The translations under genes and the position numbers were made by a program. Under the pieces are notes generated by a model that worked only from the letters and a program-made list of their open reading frames with translations, did no database searches and had not been told where the DNA came from. DNA of 63,693 nucleotides, filler included, from Octopus bimaculoides (Eukaryota): assembly GCF_001194135.2 (NCBI RefSeq). It is 5 parts of 4 records of this genome, joined end to end, with 100 filler letters (N's around TTAATTAATTAA, not from the genome) between each part and the next. Parts side by side here need not be neighbours in the genome. Positions count along the whole stretch, not along the records: positions 45,535 to 61,708 come from NC_068982.1; positions 61,809 to 63,693 come from NW_026315774.1; 3 more parts are not named here. One strand, 5' to 3'. Position 1 is the stretch's first letter. Each line of letters opens with the position of its first letter. Shown here one piece after another: positions 53,450 through 63,693 of this stretch.

Positions 53450-54342
53450 CTAAAACAGAGAAATGATGTTTAGTTGAATTAACTAAAAACCAGTTAACAA
53501 CATCATCTCTCCCCAACAAAATATTTTAAATTATGGCAAAATTGCTTTTATGATTGAAAAATTTATTAAAACTTGCACAAGTGTTTAAGTCTATGACACA
53601 GAAAAACCAGGAAGGATATGAGAAAAAAATTGTGGTGTAAAATCTTACAATGTTGGGTATTACTTGAGATGATAGCAGATTGAGATGAATGGCCATTTGC
53701 TAGACTTCAGGCATGTCTAAACTCATGGAAAAATGAACATGAAAATATTAAGTGTTAGCTATATGTATATATATATATATTCATAATTGCTTTTAAATCA
53801 AAATGTAGTTTGCACTTTTAATCAAAAGGCAACTTGTGCTTGAGGAAATTGTTAAAAAAAAAATTTTTTAAAGAAAAAATGAGAGATATGCAACTTCCTA
53901 TGTAATTCAATGAGAGGTTTCTTGTCAACAAGTCCAGTCATGCCTTTATGAAAAGTTAAATTGTTTTTTACATGCTGAAAAAAACTAGGATGCTGTCAGC
54001 TGACAAATGGTTTGCAAATGTTGCCCTCTGGATGCATAAAATGTTAAAACATCATGTTAAATTTCAAGCTACATTTTTACTATTCTTCTAAAAGGACCCA
54101 ATGCAAGCACTAATAGTTAAATACAAATTTTCATGTTTACATAATCCAAACATATTGGTTCAGTACACTGCTTTCGATGATTTAGAGAGAAATGTATGTA
54201 CCATGTTTCAAATATTTTATAGAAAAATTAAACATTTTGTATCAGTCAATTCAATTACTGTAACTGTTATTGACAAAACAATGTATTATGCTGCAGAAAC
54301 ATCATCTCACTCAATGTTTTCAGTATTGTGAAATTACTTTAA

Positions 54343-54561
54343 CCCTTTAGCATTTAATCTGGCCTTATCCACCACAATTATTTGAACTGTTTTATGTTAA
54401 AACCGACCAAATTTAATCTCTCACACCTACCCTGCAATGTCATTCTAAAAATAAACAATCACATTGTCAAAATCTCACAGCTAAGAGATAATGCACGATT
54501 AATTCAGAACAATTGAATAAATAAGCATTACATTTGACAAAGAAACCTGAATGCCAATGGT
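54343..54561. mobile_element. TTAA-flanked piggyBac-type MITE (more decayed copy at ~56110-56310)
   Basis: ttaa|ccctttagcatt ... gaatgccaatggt|ttaa. Confidence 0.65.
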
Positions 54562-54781
54562 TTAATAAACAGATTTACGCCAAATCAACTTACATTGCTT
54601 TATACCATAAAGGATTATAATTGAAAATAAATATCTAGTTCACAGAAAGGAAATAGCCTAAACACCCAAACATTTAGTCAAACAAATATTCTAATATGAA
54701 ACAAGATATATAGATCATATAAAAATATTCTCAAGATAATACAATGAAAACTACTAAAAGGCAATTGTTCAATATGTGGTA

Positions 54782-54910
54782 TAATGTTGCACAGTTAGTA
54801 ATCACCAGTAATAACTAATAGTTAGTGGATTACTAACATGTACATTTAATATCCCTGAGCATTACGGCATAACAAATAAGAAAGTAAATGTATGCTGTCA
54901 AAGTCAGGAT
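54782..54910 (-). ncRNA. Box H/ACA snoRNA-like copy A
   Basis: Hairpin tcctga/tcaggg, H box ATATTA (54847-54852), second hairpin, ACA (54785-54787). Confidence 0.65.
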
Positions 54911-55776
54911 CTTTCAAAATTCAAATAAGTTAACCATTGAAGCCTTCACAATGAAATATCTCATAACTATGCACATCCTTATAAATCTTTACGGAAATTT
55001 CTTATTATTGACAATTCAAGCATCATTTTACAATTTAGCACATAAATATTTGACAGTTTGAGTCATTTTTTTGTCTTATACATTCATAGTTAATGACTTA
55101 TGCTACATGACTCAATTTGGGTTTAAGGTAAATTTGAATGTTTTCTTTTTCAGCATGTTGAAAATATTCAAGGAAAATGTCTTAATTTTACGCTAGATGA
55201 CATTTGAAGCACTGGTCGTGAAAATTAAATTGTAAATAAATTTCAGTGTTTTAGAGATTGATGCTAGGACCAACACAAAAACGAGATAAGGCAGAGATCG
55301 ATTTTAAAAAGTACTTCCTTGCAAATATTGTCACCATACACTCTTGCAAATTGTCACCTTACATAAACACCTAGTTTCTCTATCCCCACTTACTCCTACT
55401 CACCTCACACTATTAAGTATCACTTGGATACCTCATCACCAATATCTATCTTTTTGTAGTAACTACAGATTCATTCTCACTCTCTCTTGAATGAGTAGCA
55501 ATTGTAGCTCCTCTACAAAGACCTGCTCTTCCCCAGGTTTTGTACTCTTGTGAGCTGCATGGTTGCCTGTGGTGGTGAGAAAAGCACCCAGTATACATGG
55601 TAACAGGGTTAGTATTGAGAAGGACATCCATGCCCAAGCAGACACTGATAGATGATGCAATCCTTGGATCCATCAGACCCAGCTGAACTGTCCAGATAAT
55701 GCCAGTAAGGAACAGACATTAAACGATGATTATAAGAGACAGGCATATTATTAGCTGTTGGCAACAGAATAAACAA

Positions 55777-55909
55777 ACATGTAGCACAGTTAGTATATAC
55801 CAGTAACAACTAGACTATAACCAGTACATTACTAGCATGTGCATTTACTATCCCTGAACATTCGGCACAACATATATATATAAATATATGTATGGTTCAT
55901 AGTCAGGGC
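55777..55909 (-). ncRNA. Box H/ACA snoRNA-like copy B
   Basis: ccctga...tcaggg, H box ATAGTA (55846-55851), gcaca...tgtgc stem, ACA (55780-55782) plus 3 nt. Length 133 nt. Confidence 0.78.
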
Positions 55910-56796
55910 TTCTCCCCAATTTCAACTTTTGTTAGAAAAGCAGTTTAAAACTTAGCAAAATCTTTTAAGTACATTTCCAATGAAAGACAATGCAAATGAA
56001 TATCAATTTAAATTTTAGATCTACACTATCATTAAATTACTTCATATAATTTATTATCTAAATATGTTTAGCAGGCGGAATTATTATTTCAAAATAATCT
56101 TTTAAAACTTTAGCATTAAACATCTAGTTCAAATATTCTAGCTTTTTTATATTCAAACTTGCCAGACCCAATCTCTTACATTTACCAAATACCATTCTAG
56201 AAGTAATTGCACCATCAAAATCTTGAAGCACCAAGCTAATGCATAATTAATCAAAAACAATGTGAATAAATAAGCATTACATTTAACAAAGTGACTTGAA
56301 TGCTAAAGGGTCAAATATGAAGGAATTCAAGAAACTTTTATAATGAAAGATTAATCTTCTAGTGTTTAAAGAGACAATTCTCTCCTGTGTATTTAGAATC
56401 AATATTTCATACACAGTTCAATCAAATAAGAAATCAGTAGCCATTTCTTCGAGCTACTATCAAAATTAAAGGGACATGATAATACCAAATATATTTACTA
56501 GATCCTCTAGCAGTATAAAGTTAAAATAAGGAACATTCATTTATGAAAAGAGGTATTCTACAGGCTAAATAAAAAGTTAGCTAAAACCAGATGATTCATG
56601 AATTACATAATCATGTTCAAAAGATTAATCCATAGAATATCTAAATTGGTTTTACACACCCTACGTACTGTAAAAGAAAACTGAATTTTAAAGTTTACAT
56701 ACAAAATTTACCCAATATAAAGCAACAAGGTCGAGGGAAGGATTACAGTAAAACTCACAAGCCAATCAACAATATGTCAACACATGATAATATTAT

Positions 56797-56921
56797 CATG
56801 TACTGACAAACATTGAGTAGTCACCAGTAACAACTAGAATATATCCAGTAGATTACTAGTAAATGCACTTATTATCTCTAAACTACACAACATAATATCT
56901 GTGTGCTCTCAAAGTCAGGGA
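56797..56921 (-). ncRNA. Degenerate H/ACA snoRNA-like copy C
   Basis: H box ATAATA (56870-56875) retained, but deletions affect hairpin 1 and the lower stem before ACA. Confidence 0.45.
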
Positions 56922-57379
56922 TTTTTCAACAAATTTTATAACTGACTTTATGCTGCCAAGACCCACACAAAAATGAGATAAGATTTTGAAGAGTAGTTTT
57001 CCCAAACAGATGTATAAAAAATACAGCAGTCCAATAGAAAATGGTATGACACCATTAAAGAAATGAAAGCCATTCTTTTATGTACTATGAGATGGAAAAA
57101 TATCTATTTGGAAATAGGTGAAGCTGTAGAAAATTTGTGCCAATGTATTTTTGCAGGACCCATGCTTGCGTGGGTCCTGCAAAATAGGACAAATTCATGC
57201 AATAAAAAGCTTCTAGACAGCAACTACAAGGGTTAGTACCAGAAAAAACTGCTGCAAAAATTTCCATTGAAACCATAACATGGAAAAGGCATAAAAATGA
57301 TGATGAAAAAAGAAGAGATTCTATAATAAACCAATACAGATGGTCATAATATTACCTGCTGACAACAGAATAAAAAAAT

Positions 57380-57444
57380 ACATGTAGCACAGTATATATA
57401 CCAGTAACAATTAGAATATAACCAGTAGATTACTAGTATGTGCA
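57380..57444 (-). ncRNA. H/ACA snoRNA-like copy D (3' half, truncated by gap)
   Basis: tgtgctACAtg at 57383-57385 and second hairpin. Confidence 0.65.
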
Positions 57445-58161
57445 NNNNNNNNNNNNNNNNNNNNNNNNNNNNNNNNNNNNNNNNNNNNNNNNNNNNNNNN
57501 NNNNNNNNNNNNNNNNNNNNNNNNNNNNNNNNNNNNNNNNNNNNNNNNNNNNNNNNNNNNNNNNNNNNNNNNNNNNNNNNNNNNNNNNNNNNNNNNNNNN
57601 NNNNNNNNNNNNNNNNNNNNNNNNNNNNNNNNNNNNNNNNNNNNNNNNNNNNNNNNNNNNNNNNNNNNNNNNNNNNNNNNNNNNNNNNNNNNNNNNNNNN
57701 NNNNNNNNNNNNNNNNNNNNNNNNNNNNNNNNNNNNNNNNNNNNNNNNNNNNNNNNNNNNNNNNNNNNNNNNNNNNNNNNNNNNNNNNNNNNNNNNNNNN
57801 NNNNNNNNNNNNNNNNNNNNNNNNNNNNNNNNNNNNNNNNNNNNNNNNNNNNNNNNNNNNNNNNNNNNNNNNNNNNNNNNNNNNNNNNNNNNNNNNNNNN
57901 NNNNNNNNNNNNNNNNNNNNNNNNNNNNNNNNNNNNNNNNNNNNNNNNNNNNNNNNNNNNNNNNNNNNNNNNNNNNNNNNNNNNNNNNNNNNNNNNNNNN
58001 NNNNNNNNNNNNNNNNNNNNNNNNNNNNNNNNNNNNNNNNNNNNNNNNNNNNNNNNNNNNNNNNNNNNNNNNNNNNNNNNNNNNNNNNNNNNNNNNNNNN
58101 NNNNNNNNNNNNNNNNNNNNNNNNNNNNNNNNNNNNNNNNNNNNNNNNNNNNNNNNNNNNN

Positions 58162-58280
58162 GTATATATACCAGTAACAATTAGAATATAACCAGTAGAT
58201 TACTAGTATGTGCATTTACTATCCCTAAACATTACGGCATAACAAATAAGAAAATATATGTATGCTGTCAAAGTTAGGGG
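58162..58280 (-). ncRNA. H/ACA snoRNA-like copy E (3' end in gap; may be the same copy as D)
   Basis: ccctaa...ttaggg stem and H box ATAGTA (58217-58222). First 53 nt are identical to 57392-57444. Confidence 0.7.
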
Positions 58281-58823
58281 TTTTTCTCCCCACCAAATTT
58301 CAATATTTGTCAGAAAAAGTTTAAAACTTAAGAGCAAAATCTGTTATTCTAATGAGTGACAATTTATGTTCCACATTAACATTCAATGACTTCATATTGC
58401 ATACGAAGGATTCAAGGATATCTTTATAATGAAAGAGAGTTTGTTTTTTCATTCACAATTATCATAGGGCTAAGAATTAATACTCTAGTGAAATCAATAA
58501 CCACTTCTTTAAACTAAAATGAAAGACACTCTGTTAGGATAAACAAGAAATGAAAAGAAAGAAATATTCATTTAGAAAAAATATTCCACTAGTTAAATAG
58601 AAAATATTAGCTAACACAAGACAATCCATGGATGACATATCTTGAAAAGATTTTCCATTGAGTATCTAGTTTGTTTTTACACACCCTATGTATTGTAATA
58701 AAATCAAATTTAAAGTTTACATAAAGAAATTTACCCAATATAAAAACTATAATAAAGAAGCAATAAAATCCACAAGAAAACAATCAATATGTATCAGTAC
58801 ATGGTAATACTATGCAGTGACAA

Positions 58824-58942
58824 ACATGTAGCACAGTGAGTAGTAACAACTAGAATATACCCAGTAGATTACTAGCAAGTGCATTTAATATCCCTAAACT
58901 ATACGACATAACAAAATATTTGTATGCTCTCAAGGTCAGGGT
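58824..58942 (-). ncRNA. H/ACA snoRNA-like copy F
   Basis: ccctga/ttaggg, H box ATATTA (58886-58891), ACA (58827-58829). Short deletion in hairpin 2. Confidence 0.6.
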
Positions 58943-59873
58943 TTCTTTCAACAATTGGACTTATGATAAATTTGATTGTATTTTTCTTTCAGCATGTTGA
59001 AAACAGAGAGAAAATATTGTTTTACTGAAGAGGACACAAAGTAATGGTAGTGGAAATGAAACTGAAAATAAAGAAATTTATGCTAACAAATGAAGCAGTT
59101 GATATAATATAAATATTCCAGCGTTTTAAAAAATGATGCCAGGACACACAAAAAAGTAAGATAAGGCAGAAGTAAATTTAAAAAAATACATCTCTCTTTG
59201 AACATCCACAGGAAATTATGGTTAAAGAGTCAAACATACTAGATAATTAGAACAGACAGCACTCCAACAGAAAAAAGGTATGAAGCCATTCAAGAAATGA
59301 AAGCTTTTCTTGTATGAATAATGAAAGTGTAATACCCCAATTCCAACATATGAACCCTATTATTAAAAAAATATTTTACAAAGAGATTGTGTTTAGTCTT
59401 TCATAACGGCCATAAGGCAAATGCCTAAATTTGTATAGGACTAGGGAGATAAATGTCTACTGTATGGTGCAATATTTCATATATTTTATTAATGAATGAA
59501 CTTTCTAGCATAAACAGTACTAAATAATCAGACAAATATTTCTTAAAAGACACGATTATTACCAAACCCATTAATAGTACAGAGAAGAAATGAAAATAAA
59601 TATGCAGCTATAACAAAAAATAAGTTAAGTATTTAAATAGCTTGATAGAAATTAATTTACTGACCAAATAATAAAAGTTAGATACCACAAAACTAATATA
59701 TTAGGTGCAGGAATGGCTGCAAGGTTAAAAAGTTTGCTTCCCATTACACAGCAACTGGTTAAATTCCACTACATGGTACCTTAGCGTCTTCAACTGTAGC
59801 TCTGGTATGACCAAAGCCTTGTGAATGGCTTTGTTAGGTGGAAATTGAAAGCAACCAGTCATATATAAATATA

Positions 59874-60679
59874 CTAGCAGAGATATATGTCATTGCTCGG
59901 GATTAAAATGGCATAGTTTTTTTATTGTTTTACCTGTTCCGATCATGTGACTGCAGCCATGCTGGAGCACCACATTTAGTCGAAGAAATCGACCCCAGGA
60001 TTTATTCTTTGTAGGCCTAGTACTTTATTGATGTGTATGTATATATATATATGTATTGATAGAAAAGGTAAGACAACAAAAGAAAGAAAGAGACCTCAAT
60101 ATTATGTAAATAGAGGAATTTATCTGCAAGTAATATGTGACAATTATTCGGTAGCCATAATAAAACTCTGAGTTTCGGATGTTGGGGTGGAAACCCACAC
60201 TGTCATCTCTTCAGTTATCTGGCCATCGAAAAAATGCTATGAAAATGACCGTTAAAGGGAAATTACTGTGTGAATCACCATTATTAAGACAAAAGACCTA
60301 TTAGAATGACCGCTAAGTGAGGAGAGGGAGTAAAAATGTCCTTAGTATTCACGTAAGCACACCCACATACATGTGCCTATATGTATATACACATCCACCC
60401 TCACTTTCGGATCATATTCACATGTAGCTAAATATTTGAAACTATTATCTCACACTACAATAGATGTTATTGTTTCACTTTTTGACACATAATACCGAAA
60501 CGGGCTAAAAGATTGCTCCAGACTTGCATTAGGCAAGAAGGTGAAAATTTTTTTAGCCCATGACACTCCATGGACCCTATGTAGTGTATGCGTAAAATTT
60601 GAATGAAATTGGTTTGGTAGTTCTTCAGTTTTAGTGATACACACATACAGACACACATTCTCAGCTTTATATATATAGA
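59874..60679 (-). mobile_element. Non-autonomous Helitron with both termini
   Basis: 5' a|TCtatatatataaagctgag, 3' atcccgagcaatgacatatatctctgCTAG|t, inserted between A and T. Contains nested repeat fragments. Confidence 0.7.
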
Positions 60680-61031
60680 TATCCTCACAACTTTGTCTAT
60701 ATGTTCTCATGTACTGACACATATCAAGCCAAAGAGAAATATATTTGGAAACAGGCAAGCGTTGATTACTGGATAGGCATGTCTTGTACAAAATCTGCCA
60801 TGATGAAATTTATGTAATCCATGCAGGCATGGAAAAGAGGTTAATGAATGAATAAGATAAATATATGTAATATAAAGCTTTTAGACTGCAACTACAAGGG
60901 CTAGAACCACAAAACACTGCCTCAAAAACTTCTATTGGAACCATGACAACATAGAAAAGCAAACAAAAATGATGATGAAAAATAATGAAGGTTCTATAAT
61001 AAAGCAATACAGATGGCAACAGCATAAACAA

Positions 61032-61164
61032 ACATGTAGCACAGTTAGTATATACCAGTAACAATTAGATCATAGCCAGTAGACTACTAGCATGTGCATT
61101 TACTATCCCTGAACACACGGCACAACATATATGTATAAATATATGTATGGGTTAAAGTTAGGGT
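61032..61164 (-). ncRNA. H/ACA snoRNA-like copy G
   Basis: ccctaa/tcaggg, H box ATAGTA (61101-61106), gcaca/tgtgc stem, ACA (61035-61037). Length 133 nt. Confidence 0.75.
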
Positions 61165-62196
61165 TTTTCTTTTCCTTCCAATTTCAATATTTTTTGGAAA
61201 AACAGTTTAAAACTTTGATTAACAGCAAATTCTTTCAAGTATATTCCCACCGAATAGCAATGCAAATGGATTATTAGTTTAAATTCTAATTCCACACTAA
61301 ATTACTTCATATTTGTTTTATTAATTAATGATGTGTTCTGTAGAAGAAATCTATTTCTTCTATTCAAAAATATTTCCTAGACCCTCTGTCAGTATGAAAA
61401 ATGAAAATAAGAGAGATTCATTGAAGCTAAAAATATTCAACAGGATAAATATGGCAAATCATGGATCACTTGCTGATTTTCAAAAAATTAATCCATTGAG
61501 TATCTAATTTCATTTTACTCAGTCTCTATTGTGATGAACTTAAATATTACAAAGAGAAATTACCCAATATAAAAACTATAACAAACTGAGGGAGAAATAT
61601 TATATTTGGAAACAAGCATGTGTTGATGACAGGATAGGCGACTTTTGTAGAAAATCTGCCACAATGAACTTTATCTAATCCATGCAGGCATGGAAAAGAT
61701 GTTAAAATNNNNNNNNNNNNNNNNNNNNNNNNNNNNNNNNNNNNNNNNNNNNTTAATTAATTAANNNNNNNNNNNNNNNNNNNNNNNNNNNNNNNNNNNN
61801 NNNNNNNNCTGAATGCATGTGTATCGGCGTGTGTACGTACGTGCTGTTTGTGTTGTGCAGTCTTGTGTTGTACAGTTGTATAACATGCCTCTGTTAATAC
61901 ATGTGACTGTACGCATTTGGGACTGTGTGTGTGTGTTTAGCTTCTGTTACAAATGCGTTACACCGTTTTATCTTACTAAGTGTGACACACCATCTTGTGT
62001 TTGTATCTGCGTATATCTATATAAATGAGTATTGTAGGACACACGTGTGTTAAACCGTCGTATATTTTCTTGTATCACAGCTATACACATACTCTCACAT
62101 ATATGTATACACACGCATACTCACACACCCACCCACACACACACACANNNNNNNNNNNNNNNNNNNNNNNNNNNNNNNNNNNNNNNNNNNNNNNNN

Positions 62197-62240
<44 letters not shown>

Positions 62241-62275
62241 GAATGAGACCTCGATATTATATAAATAGAGGAATT

Positions 62276-62308
<33 letters not shown>

Positions 62309-62441
62309 TGTTACAAATGTGTAACATACTCTCTGAGGTAGATGTTACACCATTAACCTATCATGATATCATGCGTCACAACAAGATTGTGTGTGTGTAT
62401 ACATACACACACATATACACATGGCATATATATGTACACAT

Positions 62442-62479
<38 letters not shown>

Positions 62480-62569
62480 TACAGATACAACTATATATAT
62501 ATATATGTGGCATATATATATATATATATATATACATATATACATATATATTCTACACACACACACATG

Positions 62570-62616
<47 letters not shown>

Positions 62617-63012
62617 TAATAAGTTGTCTAAGTAGATGTAACACCATCAACCTCTATGATATCTTGTGTCACAACTGTATATATACTTTCATATCAGTAT
62701 GTCGTAATGTTACAACNNNNNNNNNNTTCATATCAGTATGTCGTAATGTTACAACGGTGTCACACCATTTCTTCTAAGTGTTCTCTCCCTACTGCGCCTG
62801 ATGCGGCGTCACATCTGTGTCACACTGAAGCAGTTGTTACACCCACACCTGTATTAATTATTGTGTCGCAACATTACTTCTATGTTTATCCATGGTTTGA
62901 CACACAGGCACACCGTTGTGATTGGCCGGTTGTCACAAGAATGTGACACACCTTCTAATGCATGACGCGTGTTTGGATGTGTTTGAGTCCGTGTCCGTGT
63001 GTGTGCGTGTGT

Positions 63013-63054
<42 letters not shown>

Positions 63055-63249
63055 TCTTTAGGAGCTCTGACCTCTCCTCCCCTCTCGGTCTCTCTCTTCC
63101 TTTCTCTCTCTCTCTTTTTCTCCCTGTCTCTCTCTGTTTCTCTCTGTCTCTGTCTATCTCTGTCTCCCATTCCGTTACTCTATCGTACACACCTGTATGT
63201 GGCATGTTTGTGTTTCTGTGACCGTACGATCGCAGGTGCTAGGCACAAC

Positions 63250-63576
63250 GACAGAGAGAGAGAGAGAGGGAGAGATAAAGAGAGAATGAAAGAGAGAGAG
63301 AGAGAGGAGGAGAGAAAGAGAGAGAGAGAGACTGATTGATGTATACAAAGGAGTGAGTGAGAGAGAGAGAAGTATGTTTGAGAGAAATGTTACAATGTGT
63401 GTGTTTACAGAGGAAGAAACCGACAGACAAAGAGACAGACAGACAGACAGACAGACAAAGAGACAGACAGACAGACACACCGACAGACAGACAAGCAGAC
63501 ACACCGACAGACAGACGGACCGACAGATAGACAGATAGATAGACAGACGGACCACCCGACAGACAGACAGACAGAC

Positions 63577-63609
<33 letters not shown>

Positions 63610-63610
63610 A
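63250..63610. repeat. (GA)n and (GACA)n microsatellites
   Basis: Directly visible. Confidence 0.95.
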
Positions 63611-63693
63611 GCTGGTTTCTCATCGGACCAACACGGTTCTTCCTTGCACGTGCTGACAGAGCCGGCACAGTGTCACACCCGAAGTCATCTATC

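Noticed and set aside
54150-54260. Possible box C/D snoRNA
   Set aside because: A CTGA is present but no properly placed C box or terminal stem was found.
54782-61164. CRISPR-like regularly spaced repeats
   Set aside because: Eukaryotic context, ~130-nt diverged cores with ~1-kb homologous spacers, and no cas genes.

Overview
Repeat-rich, gappy eukaryotic genomic DNA. The SINE families and microsatellite density suggest an octopod cephalopod (inference). The one identifiable host gene is the 3' half of eIF3j on the minus strand: four canonical exons (53449-53349, 52391-52334, 52041-51968, 51355-51248) splice in phase into a recognisable eIF3j C-terminus ending AEDFM*. Its 5' exons are not visible. 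The most notable feature lies just upstream in the same orientation: 6-7 copies of a ~130-nt hairpin-hinge-hairpin-tail element (54782-61164) with conserved H boxes (ATAGTA/ATATTA/ATAATA) and ACA boxes. This looks like a tandemly amplified box H/ACA snoRNA cluster, probably intronic in eIF3j. About 6.5 kb downstream there is a composite insertion built from two eIF3j pieces (one inverted, one direct, joined by a fold-back hairpin) carrying a stop-containing copy of the 58-nt exon. Other content: one strong exon of an unidentified minus-strand gene (28117-28405) and several weaker exon candidates, including a 6-nt microexon. Mobile elements include a Gmr1-like Gypsy LTR element nested in a piggyBac-type MITE, plus mariner, Helitron, CR1, RTE and Penelope relics and many SINEs. 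N-flanked TTAATTAATTAA spacers are assembly artefacts.
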